Positions 50,593-59,900 of a stretch of DNA of 64,000 nucleotides are shown here, one piece after another. Below the pieces are notes generated by a model. It was not told the DNA's origin and ran no database searches. It saw nothing but the letters and a program-made list of their open reading frames with translations. The DNA is from an uncultured Verrucomicrobiae bacterium (GTDB lineage: Bacteria; Verrucomicrobiota; Verrucomicrobiia; Chthoniobacterales; UBA10450): the NCBI GenBank assembly GCA_963834385.1, contig CAWIBO010000002.1, forward strand, positions 1,056,001 to 1,120,000, in the 5' to 3' direction. A program made the position numbers and the translations under genes. How positions within the stretch are numbered: position 1 is the first letter of the stretch; every line of letters starts with the position of its first letter.

Positions 50593-51222
50593 ATGTGGTT
50601 ATCCGCCTTCTTCGCCCTCGTGGCGGCCTATCTGATCGGTTCCATTCCCGCCGGTTATCTGGCGGGTCGGATCGCCGGGATTGATATCCGCCACCATGGC
50701 AGCGGCAACATCGGCGCCACCAACGTCATGCGGACCCTGGGGAAAAAATTCGGGCTCGGCGTTTTCTTTTTTGATGCCTTCAAGGGATTCGTGGCGGTCC
50801 GCCTGGCGATCTTCATCGCCGAACGCTTTGAAGTGATGCGCCCCTACGCCGACCTGCTCGGAGTGGCGGCAGCGGCCTGCTGCATTCTCGGACACACTTT
50901 TCCGGTCTGGTTGAAGTTCAAGGGCGGCAAAGGCGTGGCCACTTCCGCGGGCGCGTTCGCCGGCCTGACTCCGCTCGCTTCCCTGGCCGCGTTTCTTCTT
51001 TGGATCCTCCTGTTCGAAACCACGCGCTATGTTTCGCTGGCCTCGGTCGCGGCCGCGATCTCGCTCCCGATTTGGATTGGCGTTTTGTTGCAGGTCGGGC
51101 TCGCCAAGACCTGGCTCGTTTTCTACGTTGCCTGCGTCCTCGCGGTGATTGTGGTCTGGCGGCACCGCGCCAACATTGTCCGCCTGAAGAACGGGACAGA
51201 ACCGCGTTTCGAACGAAAATGA
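50593..51222 (+). CDS. plsY: Glycerol-3-phosphate acyltransferase
   Basis: YLIGSIP, GSGNIGATN, GGKGVAT, RHRANI.RL..GTE. Confidence 0.97.
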   Translation: MWLSAFFALVAAYLIGSIPAGYLAGRIAGIDIRHHGSGNIGATNVMRTLGKKFGLGVFFFDAFKGFVAVRLAIFIAERFEVMRPYADLLGVAAAACCILGHTFPVWLKFKGGKGVATSAGAFAGLTPLASLAAFLLWILLFETTRYVSLASVAAAISLPIWIGVLLQVGLAKTWLVFYVACVLAVIVVWRHRANIVRLKNGTEPRFERK

Positions 51223-52221
51223 GTTTTACCAAAATTGCCGTTCTCGGCGCGGGGAGCTGGGGCACCGCCCTGGCCAATCTTTGGGGGCAGCGCGGTCACG
51301 CCCTCATTCTTTGGGGTCACAACCCGGAGCGCGCGGAGCGGCTGCGGCAGACGCGGGTGAACGATGAATACCTGCCCGGGGTGCATCTGCCCGAGAATAT
51401 CCAGGTGACACATGAGCTGGCGGAATGCGCGGCGGCCGACCTGATTGTTTTTGTAACGCCCTCGGTGGCGTTGCGCGAGATTGCCGGTCAGCTTCGCGCG
51501 GTGGGCCTGCGTGACGAGAGCGTGCTCCTTTCCTGCACCAAAGGGATCGAGCACCGCACCGGCATGCGCATGACGCAGATCCTCGAGGAAATTTTTCCCG
51601 GGAACACCAGCGCGGTCATGTCGGGACCGAACCTGGCCCTGGAAGTCTCGCGCAATCTGCCCACGGCCACGGTGATCGGCTGTCCGGACAACAGTTGTGC
51701 GGAGCGTTTGCAACAGCAGCTCGGCAGCTCGCGTTTTCGCATTTACAGCAGCCGCGAGACGACGGCGATTGAGCTGGGCGGTGCGCTCAAAAACGTCTTT
51801 GCCATCCCGGCCGGCGCGAACGATGCCCTGGGCCTGGGCGACAATTCCAAGGCGGCGTTGGTGACCCGATCGCTCGCGGAGATGGTGCGGCTCGGCACGG
51901 CCATGGGCGGCGACACGCGCACCTTTCATGGGTTGAGCGGGATCGGCGATCTTGATGGCGACCTGTTTCAGCAACCTGAGCCGCAACCATCGCGTCGGGC
52001 AGGAACTGGGGCGCGGGCGAAAGCTGAACGAGATCCTGGGGGAAACGCAATCGATCGCGGAAGGAATCCCGACGGCGCGCAGCGCTTATGATTGCGCGCG
52101 GCAGCTCGGCGTGGAGACGCCGATCATCGACCAGGTCTACGCCGTGCTCTACGAGGACAAATCGCCGACCGACGCCTTGAAAGAACTGCTCGGGCGCGAG
52201 CAGAAGGCGGAGGCTCTTTAG
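51219..52221 (+). CDS. gpsA: NAD(P)H-dependent glycerol-3-phosphate dehydrogenase (+1 frameshift near 51953)
   Basis: GAGSWGTALA, SGPN, GGALKNV, GLSGIGDL then MATCFSNLSRN in the shifted frame. Confidence 0.95.
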
Positions 52222-52242
52222 TGGCAGATATCTCGCTTGAAT

Positions 52243-52320
52243 CAGGAAAGCAGGAACGCATGAAGAGGAAGGCAAAGAGGATCGAGAATCCGGGACTGGG
52301 GATAGAGGGCAGAGAACACA
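52243..52320 (+). repeat. Purine-rich degenerate 7-8-mer repeats in a convergent intergenic region
   Basis: CAGGAAAG CAGGAA … GGGACTG GGGATAG AGGGCAG AGAACAC. Confidence 0.5.
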
Positions 52321-52385
52321 GGTAAGCCTCCCGACGCGGCACCAACCAGTAGGATTTCCCCGGATTCGAATCTCCCGAAAAGTCG

Positions 52386-52971
52386 TCAAGTCGTCGCGGC
52401 GGCGAGTTGGCGGATCACTTCCGGGTAGAGCGCGCGTTCCACTTCCTGGATGCGGGCGTGAAGCGAAGCCGGGTGTGTCGTCCGGCGCCACCGGCACCTC
52501 GCGCTGGGCGATGATCTCGCCGGTGTCGATCCCGGCATCGACATAATGGACAGTGACGCCGGTGACGGTCGCGCCCGCCGCGAGGGCCTGTTCCCAGGCG
52601 GCGCGCCCGGGAAACTGCGGCAGGAGAGAGGGATGAATATTGATGATGCGTCGCGGGAACGCCTCGAGCATGGGCGCTTTGAGGACGCGCATGAAACCGG
52701 CCAGGACCACCAGCTCCACTTCATGTTGTCGCAGGAGCGCCACCAGTTCTCTTTCGCGTTCCGGTTCCAGGCGGGTCCGAAATGGGCCGGGGTCGAAAAA
52801 AAGCGCGGGCACGCCGAACTCCCGGCCGATCTCGAGAATGCCGGCGTCGGGGACATCCGACACGACCACGCGCGCTTCCGCGGGAAGATTGTTCTCCGCG
52901 ATCTGTTGCAGGATCGCCCGGCAGTTGCTCCCTTTGCCGGACCCGAGGAGACCGAGCCGAAGCCGCTTCAT
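52386..52971 (-). CDS. purN: Phosphoribosylglycinamide formyltransferase (+1 frameshift near 52472)
   Basis: SGKGSN, LAGFMR, NIHPSLLP, GVTVHYVDAGIDTGEII; C-terminus ASLHARIQEVERALYP in the shifted frame. Confidence 0.95.
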
Positions 52972-53444
52972 TCCGCCTGCAACTGTCGCACGATGGCCGT
53001 GGTGGAATAACCTTCGACGAAAGGGATGATGCGAATGACCGCCTTGATCCGGTCGAGCACCGCCCGTTCCTCCGGATGAAGCGTCTCCGGCGTGTAATCG
53101 CCTCCCTTGGCGTAAATGTCGGGCCGGACCTGTTCCAGGGCCGCGGTGGCGCGAACCTCGGGAAAAATCGTGACGAAATCGACCGCGGCGAGCGCCGCCA
53201 CCACCTCGGCCCGGTCGTGCGCCGGATGCAGCGGCCGGCCTTCGCCTTTAAGCGCGCGGACGGAGTCGTCGCCATTGATGGCCACGATGAGGGCGTCACC
53301 AAGATCGCGCGCCGCGCGGAGATAACGGACATGTCCAACGTGCAGGAGATCGAAGCAGCCGTTGGTAAAGACGACGCGCTTTCCCTTTGCCTGCAGGTCG
53401 CGGACGCGGGCGGCCAGGTCGGGAAGGGCGAGAACCTTATTCAT
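52968..53444 (-). CDS. rfaE2: D-glycero-beta-D-manno-heptose 1-phosphate adenylyltransferase (RfaE domain II / HldC)
   Basis: VFTNGCFDLLHVGHVRYL, INGDDSVRALKG, KGGDY, STT. Confidence 0.9.
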   Translation of the reverse strand: MNKVLALPDLAARVRDLQAKGKRVVFTNGCFDLLHVGHVRYLRAARDLGDALIVAINGDDSVRALKGEGRPLHPAHDRAEVVAALAAVDFVTIFPEVRATAALEQVRPDIYAKGGDYTPETLHPEERAVLDRIKAVIRIIPFVEGYSTTAIVRQLQAE

Positions 53445-54327
53445 GCGGGAGGGGCGCGACGACCTCGAGCGCGCGCGGCAGGACCTCGAAGAGAGCCGGC
53501 TGGTTCCCGACCAGTTCGCCATCGACATTGAACCAGATGCCAGGCTGCGAGGAGACGGAAACTTTCCTGGCCCGCCGGAAAATAACGTGGTCGCTCTCGA
53601 GATGCGCACCCGCCAGCATTTGCGGGATCAGCACGGCCATTTCGGCCGCGTCGATGATTTTGACGAGGACGATATCGAGGAGGCCATCGTCCAGCGAGGC
53701 TTCCGGCGCGACCCGGTAGCCGCCGGCAACGCAGCGGCCGTTGGCGAAGACGGCATTGTAGAGGTCGACCTCGAGTTCCTCCTTGTCGTCGAGCACCAGC
53801 GACGTGCGATAACCCTTGAGCTCGGGCAGCGCCTCGACCGCGCTCCGCAGGTAGGCCAGCGGTCCCCAGGTCTTCTTCATTTCCGTGGTCAGCTTTTCGT
53901 CGACCAGTCCGCTGAAGCCGCCGGCAGAGACATTGAGGAAGTAGCGCACGTCCTCGCTGGTGACGCGGACCAGATCGACCGGCCGGGTGTGGCCCGCGGC
54001 GATGAGTTCGAGGTTCTCCTCGATCGAATCCGGAAGCTCGAGCGAGCGGCCAAAGTCGTTCCCGGTGCCGAGCGGGAGGATGGCCAGCCTGGTTCCGCCC
54101 GGCTTTTCGCCGAGGCCGTTCACCACCTCGTTCAGGGTGCCGTCGCCTCCGGCGGAAACAATCAGCTCCGCTCCGTCGCGGCAGGCCTGCGCGGCCAGGC
54201 GCCGCGCGTCCCCGGCCTGCCTGGTCTGTTCCACGGTTGCACCCGGGAGCGCCTCGGAAATCCGGGCGGCCACTTTCTCGTCGAAGCTGCCGGCTTTGGG
54301 ATTGCAGATGACAACGCAGGAATTCAA
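53437..54327 (-). CDS. Diacylglycerol kinase family lipid kinase (YegS/BmrU-like)
   Basis: NPKAG, GGDGTLNEVVNG, LPLGTGNDF, DDGLLD, NVDGE. Confidence 0.92.
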   Translation of the reverse strand: MNSCVVICNPKAGSFDEKVAARISEALPGATVEQTRQAGDARRLAAQACRDGAELIVSAGGDGTLNEVVNGLGEKPGGTRLAILPLGTGNDFGRSLELPDSIEENLELIAAGHTRPVDLVRVTSEDVRYFLNVSAGGFSGLVDEKLTTEMKKTWGPLAYLRSAVEALPELKGYRTSLVLDDKEELEVDLYNAVFANGRCVAGGYRVAPEASLDDGLLDIVLVKIIDAAEMAVLIPQMLAGAHLESDHVIFRRARKVSVSSQPGIWFNVDGELVGNQPALFEVLPRALEVVAPLPHE

Positions 54328-54425
54328 GCGGCACAGCCTCGACGGCGGCACGCTTTCCCGCAAGCGAGGCGCGCACGAGAGATTTGTCGTTGCGATTCTG
54401 GCTGGTCGTGTAAAATGCGGGCCGC

Positions 54426-55175
54426 ATGGCTCGCGAAACTCCAGAAGGCGCCGTTCGCTACTCCGTTTCCCCGGAACCGTTGGTGGAAAACAACGCTCCC
54501 GCGGCGCTCGAGGCCGGTCTGCCGGAGTTGCCCCGGTCCTACGGCGGCCCCGTTCTGTATGCCATCGCGCGCGATCCGCAGACGATCTTTGCCTATTGGG
54601 ATGTCGATTGGTCCGCCGTTTTTGGCGGGGAAGAACCGGAAGACCGGAAAGTGCACCTCCGGGTGCTCGGACCGGATGGAACGATCGAGAGCAGCGCGGC
54701 GGTCGAGCCGGCCGCGGCCAACGCCTACCTGCGCGTCTCCAAACCCCGCACCGCCTACCGGCTCGAGCTGGGCTATTACACCGCCGGCCGGAAGTGGAAC
54801 GCGGTCGCGCAATCGGAAAAAGTGGAAACGCCCCCGCAGGGCTTTGCCGACCGCACTCCGGTCGACCTCGCGACCGTCCCGTATCACCTGAGTTTTCAAC
54901 GCCTGATCGATCTCCTCGACGAGGAAGAGGAAGGCGAGACGCTTACCGAGAAGATTGCGCAACTGCAGGAGCGGGCCGCGCAGGAGAATGACGGCGTGGC
55001 TCTCACCGCGTCGGAGGCCAGCCTTCTCCGGGTGATCGGCGACCTTCCGAATATCGTGGAAGCGCAGCGCAGCTTTGATCAAGGGACAAGCTTCTCCGAG
55101 GCAATGCTGGAGAAATTGCTGGGCCTGGGCGGCACCAGCCCGGCCGAGGGACTCGGCGGCAGCAGCCCCGGTTAG
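54426..55175 (+). CDS. DUF4912-domain protein
   Basis: ELPRSYG…ARDPQTIFAYWD…YRLELGYY…SEKVETPP. Confidence 0.8.
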   Translation: MARETPEGAVRYSVSPEPLVENNAPAALEAGLPELPRSYGGPVLYAIARDPQTIFAYWDVDWSAVFGGEEPEDRKVHLRVLGPDGTIESSAAVEPAAANAYLRVSKPRTAYRLELGYYTAGRKWNAVAQSEKVETPPQGFADRTPVDLATVPYHLSFQRLIDLLDEEEEGETLTEKIAQLQERAAQENDGVALTASEASLLRVIGDLPNIVEAQRSFDQGTSFSEAMLEKLLGLGGTSPAEGLGGSSPG

Positions 55176-55275
55176 CCGCCGTCGGCCTTTCACGAGGGGC
55201 GCCCTTTTTTTGTGGGGCGGGAGAATGTCATTGCCAAGCGCAACGGCCAGCCGCTAAACCCTCATCTCACGCCGC

Positions 55276-56850
55276 ATGAAAAACGGAAACGGGAAAATGG
55301 AGTGGGGCACGCGCGTCGGGGTCATCCTCGCGGTTGCCGGATCGGCTGTCGGCCTGGGCAATTTCCTCCGGTTCCCCGGGCAGGCCGCGGCGCATGGCGG
55401 CGGCGCCTTCATGATTCCGTATATCTGCGCGCTGGTCCTGCTCGCGCTGCCCATCGGCTGGGCGGAATGGGCCATGGCGCGGCATGGCGGCGAAAGAGGT
55501 TTTCACAGCGGCCCGGCCATTCTCGGTCTGATCGGCCGGGGACGGATTGCCCGTTACCTCGGGGTACTGGCGGTGCTGGTCCCGATCGGGGTATATATGT
55601 ACTACGTCTACATCGAGGCGTGGTGCCTCCGCTATGCGTGGGAATACCTCGTGGGCGGCGTCCAGCTCACCGGCACGATCGAGCAGCAGACGGTGGCTTC
55701 GGCCCAGTTCTTCGGCGATGCCACCGGGACGAACACCAACGGGGTGCTCAACATGAGCGCCATTTTCTGGGTCATCGTCGTGGGCATAAACATCGTCCTG
55801 GTGTTTCGCGGACTGAAAGGGGGCATCGAAAAATTCTGCCAGTTTGCCCTCCCGGCCATGGCCATCCTCGCGGTGATTGTGCTCATCCGGGTGCTCACTC
55901 TGGGCACGCCCGATCCTTCCCGGCCGGAATTAAACGTCCTGAACGGCCTCGGCTACATGTGGAACCCGGATTTTTCAAAGCTGGGCCGATTCGAGACCTG
56001 GCTGGCGGCCGCGGGCCAGATTTTCTTCAGCCTTTCCGTCGGGTTCGGCGTGATCCTGAACTACGCCTCCTACCTGAAGAAGAAGGACGACATTGCGCTT
56101 TCCGGTTTCACCGCCAGCTCCACCAACGAGCTCTTTGAGGTCGGCTTCGGCGGCCTGATCACGATCACGGCGGCTTTTGTTTTTCTTGGGGCGAGCGGCG
56201 TGGGCGGCGGGTTCGGCCTCGGTTTCCAAACCCTGCCGGTGGTGTTTGAGCAGATGGGCTGGGCCGGCCGCTGGATCGGGTTTGCCTGGTTTTTCCTGCT
56301 CTTCCTGGCCGCGATCACCAGCTCGATCTCGATGTTGCAGCCGGGCAAAGCCTTCTTCGAGGAAGCGCTCGGCATTTCCCATGGCAAGGCCATTGCCCTC
56401 GTCTCGGTCATTGGCGGTATCGGTTCGCTCTGGGTCATCTGGTTCAGCAAGAACACGGTCGCGCTCGACACGATCGATTTCTGGATCGGCACCTTTGGCA
56501 TCTTCCTGCTCGCGACCGTGCAGATCATTTGTTTCGGCTGGGTCTGGGGGATCAAGAAGGGCGCGGCCGAACTGGACCAGGGGGCGCTGATGCGGATCCC
56601 GCGCGTCTTTTTCTTCATCATGAAATACATCGCGCCGGCCTACCTGCTGGTGGTGCTGGGCGGGTTTATCTATTTTGACCTGACGGCGAAACTCAAGACG
56701 ATGGCGGGCGACCCGATTGTCATGGCCACGGTGGGCTTTATGTGCGCCCTGGTGATTTTGCTCCTGATCATGGTGATGGTGGGTGAGCGTCGCTGGCGGG
56801 CGCAGGGACTGGACCTGGACGGGAAACGAGGCGAAGGAGAAACGCGATGA
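55276..56850 (+). CDS. Sodium-dependent transporter, NSS/SNF family
   Basis: AGSAVGLGNFLRFP, GGGAFMIPY, AAGQIFFSLSVGFG, AAITSSIS. Confidence 0.96.
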   Translation: MKNGNGKMEWGTRVGVILAVAGSAVGLGNFLRFPGQAAAHGGGAFMIPYICALVLLALPIGWAEWAMARHGGERGFHSGPAILGLIGRGRIARYLGVLAVLVPIGVYMYYVYIEAWCLRYAWEYLVGGVQLTGTIEQQTVASAQFFGDATGTNTNGVLNMSAIFWVIVVGINIVLVFRGLKGGIEKFCQFALPAMAILAVIVLIRVLTLGTPDPSRPELNVLNGLGYMWNPDFSKLGRFETWLAAAGQIFFSLSVGFGVILNYASYLKKKDDIALSGFTASSTNELFEVGFGGLITITAAFVFLGASGVGGGFGLGFQTLPVVFEQMGWAGRWIGFAWFFLLFLAAITSSISMLQPGKAFFEEALGISHGKAIALVSVIGGIGSLWVIWFSKNTVALDTIDFWIGTFGIFLLATVQIICFGWVWGIKKGAAELDQGALMRIPRVFFFIMKYIAPAYLLVVLGGFIYFDLTAKLKTMAGDPIVMATVGFMCALVILLLIMVMVGERRWRAQGLDLDGKRGEGETR

Positions 56851-56975
56851 ACACAGGCGGCTGGATTTTCATGTCGGTTTCCTTGGTCATGGTCTGGGGT
56901 GCGACCATCTGGGCGTATACGCGTCTCCTCGGCACGCCGCGCGAGAAAAAGCGGGACCAGACGCCGACCATTTAG
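56847..56975 (+). CDS. 42-aa single-pass membrane peptide, putative NSS transporter small subunit (MetS-like)
   Basis: MNTGGWIFMSVSLVMVWGATIWAYTRLLGTPREKKRDQTPTI*; ATGA overlap with the transporter stop; GAAGGAG ribosome-binding site. Confidence 0.75.
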   Translation: MNTGGWIFMSVSLVMVWGATIWAYTRLLGTPREKKRDQTPTI

Positions 56976-57031
56976 GGACCGCGCGAAAGCGGCGGTATTC
57001 AGCGAGAGGCCGTTGTGCTAGCATCGGTCTC

Positions 57032-58024
57032 GTGATTCCTCTCCTCCTGCGTTCGATCGCGCTGCGGTGGTTTGTCCTCGCCACCCTTTTTCTTTCCGTC
57101 TGCACGCCGGTTTTCGCCGCCCGCCGCACCGGGCGCGCCCGGCCCGCGGCCGCGGCCGAGGCCATCCAGTACCAGGCGCTGCCCCTGGAACGTTCCCGGC
57201 AAAATCATCTCCTGGTGCGCGCTTTCATTAACGGCAAGCCCGCCCTTCTTGGCGTTGATACCGGGGCTCCGGTGAGCGCGGTCGCCCTGCATCGGCGCAA
57301 TCATTACCGCATCTCGCCGGTGCCGGGCCGCTCGAAATTACCGGGCCGGCTCCTGATCAACGGCGCCTATAATCGCGTCGGGATCGCGAAAACGCTCCAG
57401 CTCGGCGGTCTCACCCTGGTGGACGAACCCCTCGTCGCCATCGACCTGAGCAATTCCACCAAGGCCGCGCGGCTTCTGCGTGAGGAAGCGATCGACGGCA
57501 TCCTGGGCGCCGACATTCTTTTCCCGACCAAGGCCGTGATCGATTGCCAGAAGCAGTTGCTGGTCATGAAAATGGATCCGAATACCCCGGGCAACATTCC
57601 GGGGTTCGATTATCGCAGCCATCGCGCCATCCCGATGCACGTCAGCAAAGGTTGGAATCTTTATGTGGATGGCACCGTCAACGGCCGCAAAGCCAAGTTG
57701 CTTGTCGATACCGGCGCGTTTTCCACCCTGATGCACCGGAATTTCATCCGGCGCCTCCGCATTCCCGTCCGCAAAACCAACTACAGCTCCGCCGGGGTGA
57801 ACCTGCGCCGGCGGGACGTGCAGGCCGCCACCATTCAACGGCTCTCCATCGGACAGCTTGATCTGGTCCGGAAGGATGTGGGCGTGATGGACCTGGCCGG
57901 CCTGATCCACGGCGGCATGCTCGAGGGGAAACCGCCCGTGGCCGGGCTCCTCGGTTCCGAGATCCTCTGGAAACACCATGGGATCATCGATTTCGGAACG
58001 CAGATGCTTTACCTGAAACGGTAG
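57032..58024 (+). CDS. Secreted two-domain retropepsin-like aspartyl protease
   Basis: GVDTGA…DGILGAD and LVDTGA…AGLLGSE; signal peptide; start approximate. Confidence 0.85.
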   Translation: MIPLLLRSIALRWFVLATLFLSVCTPVFAARRTGRARPAAAAEAIQYQALPLERSRQNHLLVRAFINGKPALLGVDTGAPVSAVALHRRNHYRISPVPGRSKLPGRLLINGAYNRVGIAKTLQLGGLTLVDEPLVAIDLSNSTKAARLLREEAIDGILGADILFPTKAVIDCQKQLLVMKMDPNTPGNIPGFDYRSHRAIPMHVSKGWNLYVDGTVNGRKAKLLVDTGAFSTLMHRNFIRRLRIPVRKTNYSSAGVNLRRRDVQAATIQRLSIGQLDLVRKDVGVMDLAGLIHGGMLEGKPPVAGLLGSEILWKHHGIIDFGTQMLYLKR

Positions 58025-58028
58025 CGCT

Positions 58029-59390
58029 TCACGGTTCCGCAAACGTCGGCGAGTCGATCACCTCCACCTGCCGCACCGCCGCAGCGCGCAGGGCCGCCGC
58101 CTCGCCCTGCCCCTGCACATTTGTCCGTTCCAGGGTCAAACCCTCGATGTCGGTCAGGTGAAGCAGCGGCCGGGGATCAGGCCGTTCCACCACAAAGTCC
58201 ACCTCGCGCAGGACAAGGTTGCGCGCATGCCGCGCCCAGAGCAGCGCGGCCGGGCGCGGCCCAAGGGTTTTGTGCGGATGCTGTTTTGGGTAGGGCATTT
58301 CGCGTTCGCCCTGGCCGGGCCGGCCATCGCCGGGATAGACGAAGCGGCTTTTCTCGATCGTGACATTCTCGATCGGCGACTCCGGCCGCCCGGAGATGGT
58401 GGCGGTATGGACGAAGCCTTCCGGGCCCGGGGCGCAACTCTCGACCGTCAGCCCGGAGATCCGGATTTTTCGAATGGCGCCAACCTTCTTCTGCGGATCG
58501 CCGCTGCGGAGCCTGTCCTGCACCAGCATGAAAATTGGGCAGACTACCCGCCGCAGGGTGACGTCGCGATAGGTCACATCCTCGATTACCCCGCCGTCGT
58601 TGCACGTGAGACCGATCCCGGCCTTGTCGGCGCGACCGACCGTGATGCGCTCAAAGGTCACCCGCCGAAAATCAGCCGCGCTCTCCGCGCCGAACTGCAT
58701 CGCGTTCGCGCTCGATTCAAAGTGACAATCGGAGACGGCGATGTCCTCGATCGCAATCCGGCGACCGAGCGCCCAGTCCGTCTTGAGCGCCAGGGCATCG
58801 TCACCGCACCCGGTGAAGTGGCAGCCTTGCACGGTGACTCGGCGGCAGCCGACCAGGTTAACGCCGTCGCGCGACTGGCGGATGACAATGTTGCGCAGCG
58901 AAACATCCTCGCAGTCGTTGAGGAGATAGACGAAGTGCGCGCCGGTCTCGTGCACGAGATCTTCGAAACGGAGGCGGCGCCCGCTGCGGACGGCGATCAC
59001 CTTGTCCCCGGTCTTGTCCGGATGACTGCTCTCGCTCAGGTAACCGCCGTTGATGCGTCCGCCGGTGATGGAGCAATCCTCGATCGCCTCGCCCCAGATG
59101 AGTGCGTTCTGGAAATGGCTGTGCCCGAAATCCTGGTAGGCATCGAAGGGGTTCGGCTCCGGGGGCAGGTAACCTTTCTTCGCGCCGGTGATGAGGGCGT
59201 CCTCCTCGAGGCGCAGGTGGACCCGGCTGAGCAGGCGGATGCCGGCGGCGGCGTAGGTGCCCCGCGGGAAAAGAACGTCTCCGCCTCCGGCGGCGTGGCA
59301 GAGCGCGATGGCCTCATTGATCGCGGCGGTGTCGTTGGCCCGCCCGTTGCCGCGCGCGCCGGCTTCCCGGATGTTCCACGCCTTTCTCAC
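58029..59390 (-). CDS. Glycoside hydrolase family 28-like beta-helix protein
   Basis: GARGNGRANDTAAINEAI, GGGDVLFPRGTY, YQDFGHSHFQNALIWG, RDG…GDDALALK. Confidence 0.85.
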   Translation of the reverse strand: MRKAWNIREAGARGNGRANDTAAINEAIALCHAAGGGDVLFPRGTYAAAGIRLLSRVHLRLEEDALITGAKKGYLPPEPNPFDAYQDFGHSHFQNALIWGEAIEDCSITGGRINGGYLSESSHPDKTGDKVIAVRSGRRLRFEDLVHETGAHFVYLLNDCEDVSLRNIVIRQSRDGVNLVGCRRVTVQGCHFTGCGDDALALKTDWALGRRIAIEDIAVSDCHFESSANAMQFGAESAADFRRVTFERITVGRADKAGIGLTCNDGGVIEDVTYRDVTLRRVVCPIFMLVQDRLRSGDPQKKVGAIRKIRISGLTVESCAPGPEGFVHTATISGRPESPIENVTIEKSRFVYPGDGRPGQGEREMPYPKQHPHKTLGPRPAALLWARHARNLVLREVDFVVERPDPRPLLHLTDIEGLTLERTNVQGQGEAAALRAAAVRQVEVIDSPTFAEP

Positions 59391-59414
59391 GGCAGGGGAA
59401 AAAACGGGGCAGGC

Positions 59415-59837
59415 CTATTCCACATCGAGTTCGCGCACGCCTTTCCGGGTTCGGACATCCTCGACCTGGTTGCGCAAGCGATCGGCCAGGCGCACCGCCA
59501 CCGGGATTGCCTCCAGCAGGAGAACAGGGGTGGAAACGTCGGTGGTGGTGACATGAATGTTTTCCACCCCGGCCAGTCTCTGCACAAAGGGCTGCCGCAC
59601 CTGGATGTCCTTGACCCGATAAAGCTCGAGGGTCTCGGTTTGTTTGCTGAAAACGCCCTCAGTGATCTTGAGCCGTTCGCTCGTCAGCTCATAAACCCTG
59701 CATTTCGTCTGGAGGAAGCGCGCCAGCGCGATAAAGATGGGAACAATGAGCCAGCAGAAGAGACCGCAGAGGATGAAAACGCCCAGGTTTTTTATCTGCG
59801 ACGAGCTGCCGCGCCAGATCACTGTTTCTTCCGTCAT
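59415..59837 (-). CDS. Bacterial PH-domain membrane protein
   Basis: TM segment, then YELTSERL…GVFSKQTETLELYRVKDI. Confidence 0.85.
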   Translation of the reverse strand: MTEETVIWRGSSSQIKNLGVFILCGLFCWLIVPIFIALARFLQTKCRVYELTSERLKITEGVFSKQTETLELYRVKDIQVRQPFVQRLAGVENIHVTTTDVSTPVLLLEAIPVAVRLADRLRNQVEDVRTRKGVRELDVE

Positions 59838-59900
59838 GCCGCCATTTGTAACAGGTGCCGGCGCAAGCTCAAGAGGCGCCCGCCCCGGGCGCCGCCGCGC

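Noticed and set aside
58158..59900. Long N-terminal extension on the nucleotidyltransferase (905-aa ORF)
   Set aside because: It is the antisense of the GH28 and PH-domain genes; the real protein starts at ATG 59901.
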